Shown here piece after piece: positions 43,891 through 45,774 of a stretch of DNA of 45,774 nucleotides. The position numbers and the translations under genes are program-made. The stretch lies in the sequence record PZ349761.1; one strand, given 5' to 3'. The DNA is from a phage. The notes below the pieces were generated by a model that saw only the letters and a list, made by a program, of their open reading frames with translations, had not been told where the DNA came from and did no database searches. Position 1 is the stretch's first letter, and every line of letters begins with the position of its first letter.

Positions 43891-44126
43891 TTTTTAATCT
43901 CCATTTCCACAATTTCATAACTTATGTAATTATTTATCATTCCAATAAGTGATTTTGGGTATGTCTTCATATGCTTCTTGGCGGAATCTTCATCAAGATG
44001 TGCTGATATGTTGTGAAAATTGTATTCATAATCCATGCCAATTAGTATGTATATCTTATCGTGAGCATTAATGAAGTTATTTGATTTTATTTCCCCAAGC
44101 GACCAGTCCTTTCCTTTTCTAATCAT
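43887..44126 (-). CDS. hypothetical small protein (79 aa)
   Basis: ORF from track. Confidence 0.45.
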   Translation of the reverse strand: MIRKGKDWSLGEIKSNNFINAHDKIYILIGMDYEYNFHNISAHLDEDSAKKHMKTYPKSLIGMINNYISYEIVEMEIKK

Positions 44127-44476
44127 TTGTATTGAGCCTCAAAGCGATAGTCGCCGCAAACTGTAACAAAGCCAACATCTTCGTCGCGATATAGCTGCCA
44201 TGCGCTGCCATCTTTATCGTAAATGTACCCAGCGCGCTTACCAAGTCCAGCATGGAGATCTACTTGATATCTCTTCCCTTCAGTGAAGTATTTACGAATG
44301 GATGAGCGATGATTAACCTTTGTGCAGTAAATGGTCTTGGTCTTGATATATTTGCCGCGCTCTTCCAGATTAATCCATTTACCATATTTCTTGATTTGCT
44401 CTACGCTATCTTTTACTCTGGCTTTGTATAATACGTTTTCGTTGCTGATCCAGTTTTTGGTAATCGTAGTGGTCAT
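44123..44476 (-). CDS. hypothetical protein (117 aa)
   Basis: ORF preceded on minus strand by cassette (leader CTCATAGAAACGAAAC). Confidence 0.5.
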   Translation of the reverse strand: MTTTITKNWISNENVLYKARVKDSVEQIKKYGKWINLEERGKYIKTKTIYCTKVNHRSSIRKYFTEGKRYQVDLHAGLGKRAGYIYDKDGSAWQLYRDEDVGFVTVCGDYRFEAQYK

Positions 44477-44538
44477 TTTGCTTTCCTTTGTGTGTTTCGT
44501 TTCTATGAGCTGAATATACAGTAGAAGCCCAGAAGGGC

Positions 44539-44557
44539 TTTAGCAATTAGTGCTATT
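44539..44557 (-). promoter_or_regulatory. conserved palindromic box (minus strand reads AATAGCACtaattGCTAAA)
   Basis: Upstream ORF 44540-44791 reads through the box and stops at the TAA of GCTAAA; hairpin AAGCCC-ttct-GGGCTT follows. Confidence 0.55.
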
Positions 44558-44791
44558 TATTGCCTTTCGCCCAAGTGGTGTTATCGCTACCTTATACCAA
44601 GTTCCAATTTCTGGATTATTTACATTATATGCCAGATCTACATAGCCTAGCCGAAATAGTTTTGGTATACACCTGGATGAATTGCCTGAGTCTCGAATCC
44701 TGCCTCGATTAAAGTCATAGCTTATTTGATGAATCTCTCCATTATGAATGCGGTGGAGGGTTTTTATTGCGGATTCAGAAATTTTAATCAT
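44540..44791 (-). CDS. hypothetical small protein (83 aa)
   Basis: ORF from track; C-terminal 5 codons encoded by the box. Confidence 0.45.
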   Translation of the reverse strand: MIKISESAIKTLHRIHNGEIHQISYDFNRGRIRDSGNSSRCIPKLFRLGYVDLAYNVNNPEIGTWYKVAITPLGRKAINSTNC

Positions 44792-44958
44792 TTACTTTCA
44801 CCGTTAATATTATTTGCTTTTTCTATCGCCTTGAGCATAATTTCATGACTCTCAAGCAAGTCTTCGCGGAACCAATCACCGCAAGGCCAACCCTTACCGC
44901 TGTAGGCGCTTATGACCTCAAGATCGAAATAATTTATCTCAGATGGCAGTAGCATCAT
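44788..44958 (-). CDS. hypothetical small protein (56 aa)
   Basis: Short ORF with overlapping start/stop on both sides; read by eye. Confidence 0.35.
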   Translation of the reverse strand: MMLLPSEINYFDLEVISAYSGKGWPCGDWFREDLLESHEIMLKAIEKANNINGESK

Positions 44959-45194
44959 TTCACCTCGTCAAAAGTTGCAATCCCAGGAATAAACATCCCA
45001 ACCTTCCAGCCTGCAATGGCAATCCATCCAGAATCGTGCTTATGCGGTCGCTCAGCGCCATTAATAACCCACTCGTTCGGGATTACCTTGCCGTTAATGA
45101 TTAGCGGCTCAGCGTCGTATACAGAGCCTTTTACGAATGGTGTAAGAACCTTTTTGTCGGTGCTTGTAATAACGTTAGTGCAGCGAATTTTCAT
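44955..45194 (-). CDS. hypothetical small protein (79 aa)
   Basis: ORF from track. Confidence 0.45.
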   Translation of the reverse strand: MKIRCTNVITSTDKKVLTPFVKGSVYDAEPLIINGKVIPNEWVINGAERPHKHDSGWIAIAGWKVGMFIPGIATFDEVK

Positions 45195-45364
45195 TCTACC
45201 ACCTCAAACTCACCATGGTGAATAACAAGCGGCTTAGATGTGCCATCCATTATTACAACCCTTCCATCTCCGCAATCCATGAGCACATCGTGAACTTCGC
45301 CAATCTCAATGCCGTAATAATCTGGCGTGTAAATCGTGTCAAACTTAACAATCTTAATTTTCAT
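45191..45364 (-). CDS. hypothetical small protein (57 aa)
   Basis: ATGA overlap; RBS GAGG; read by eye. Confidence 0.35.
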   Translation of the reverse strand: MKIKIVKFDTIYTPDYYGIEIGEVHDVLMDCGDGRVVIMDGTSKPLVIHHGEFEVVE

Positions 45365-45374
45365 TTCTCAATCC

Positions 45375-45554
45375 TCAAATAAATGGCAGACATTCGGCGC
45401 AGCCAAGTCCATCGCAGCACAGGAATTCATCTTCTGACTGGAGTTGCTTGGCTAAGTCTATATCCAACTTTCCGCGCAACACAAAGTTAGTGTAATCTTC
45501 GTTAAGCCCAATCAGTGCGCATTCGTGGCGTAACTCATCTTTATCAATCTTCAT
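45375..45554 (-). CDS. small Cys-rich protein (59 aa)
   Basis: ORF directly downstream of minus-strand cassette; CCDGLGCAEC cluster. Confidence 0.4.
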   Translation of the reverse strand: MKIDKDELRHECALIGLNEDYTNFVLRGKLDIDLAKQLQSEDEFLCCDGLGCAECLPFI

Positions 45555-45607
45555 ATCTATCTCCTCGTTTTGATGAGTTAACTATATCCTCCATGACCAC
45601 TAATGTC

Positions 45608-45625
45608 TTTAGCAAAAAGTGCTAT
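45608..45625 (-). promoter_or_regulatory. conserved palindromic box (minus strand reads ATAGCACtttttGCTAAA)
   Basis: Minus strand downstream: TATAGT, CATCAAAACGAGGAG, ATG 45554. Confidence 0.55.
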
Positions 45626-45774
45626 TCGTTAGATTTATGTATTGTTGCAGATATTGCAATGATTCTCATGACTATTGCACATATAGCAATATTGCTTCAG
45701 ATGCAATGATGTTTTTGATTGTTGCGAAAAGTGAAATGAAGTTGGGAGTGAGCGAATGAAAGATGGATGGACTA

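Noticed and set aside
1529-45625. Phage single-subunit RNA polymerase promoters (T7-like)
   Set aside because: No RNA polymerase gene in the window, and the conserved parts are split by a variable 22-nt spacer, unlike contiguous T7-type promoters.
1-45774. Integrase, repressor/Cro switch or attachment site indicating a temperate phage or prophage
   Set aside because: No tyrosine or serine recombinase-like ORF and no host-like flanking genes seen; gene content fits a virulent phage.

Overview
The window reads as a nearly complete genome of a virulent, T1-like (Drexlerviridae-type) siphophage; this is inferred from gene content and motifs read by eye, with no database search run. Layout: (i) 1-480, an AT-rich repeat-laden control region; (ii) 481-6437, about 20 very small early genes plus one tRNA-Arg(UCU); (iii) 6549-25808, a co-directional morphogenesis block: small and large terminase, portal, protease/scaffold, major capsid, connector proteins, major tail protein, G/T chaperones with a -1 frameshift site, tape measure, and a lambda-like tail tip (M, L, K, I, J); (iv) 25840-27047 (-), a candidate receptor-binding protein with an adjacent lipoprotein, followed by a second AT-rich repeat region at 27096-27593; (v) 27594-30581, a recombination/anti-restriction module (nuclease, Dam-type methyltransferase, Erf, SSB); (vi) 30617-34748 (-), lateral tail fibre, primase and an HTH protein; (vii) 34850-41674, helicase, VRR-NUC, small genes, an HTH-metallophosphoesterase and a lysis cassette (holin, GH24 endolysin, unimolecular spanin); (viii) 41689-45554 (-), a P-loop protein and an operon of small proteins. 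No integrase, CRISPR array or IS element was seen. The most striking feature is a modular element repeated at least 17 times: a palindromic box ATAGCAC-N5-GCTAAA that usually overlaps the stop codon of the upstream gene, then a 20-22 nt spacer (often a hairpin), a -10-like hexamer, a conserved CATCGAAACGA leader and the next start codon. Other notable points are an inverted truncated paralogue of the P-loop protein at opposite ends of the window and two moron-like genes inside the structural block. CDS starts were adjusted from the ORF track where an RBS, an overlap with the upstream stop, or the promoter cassette indicated a different start.
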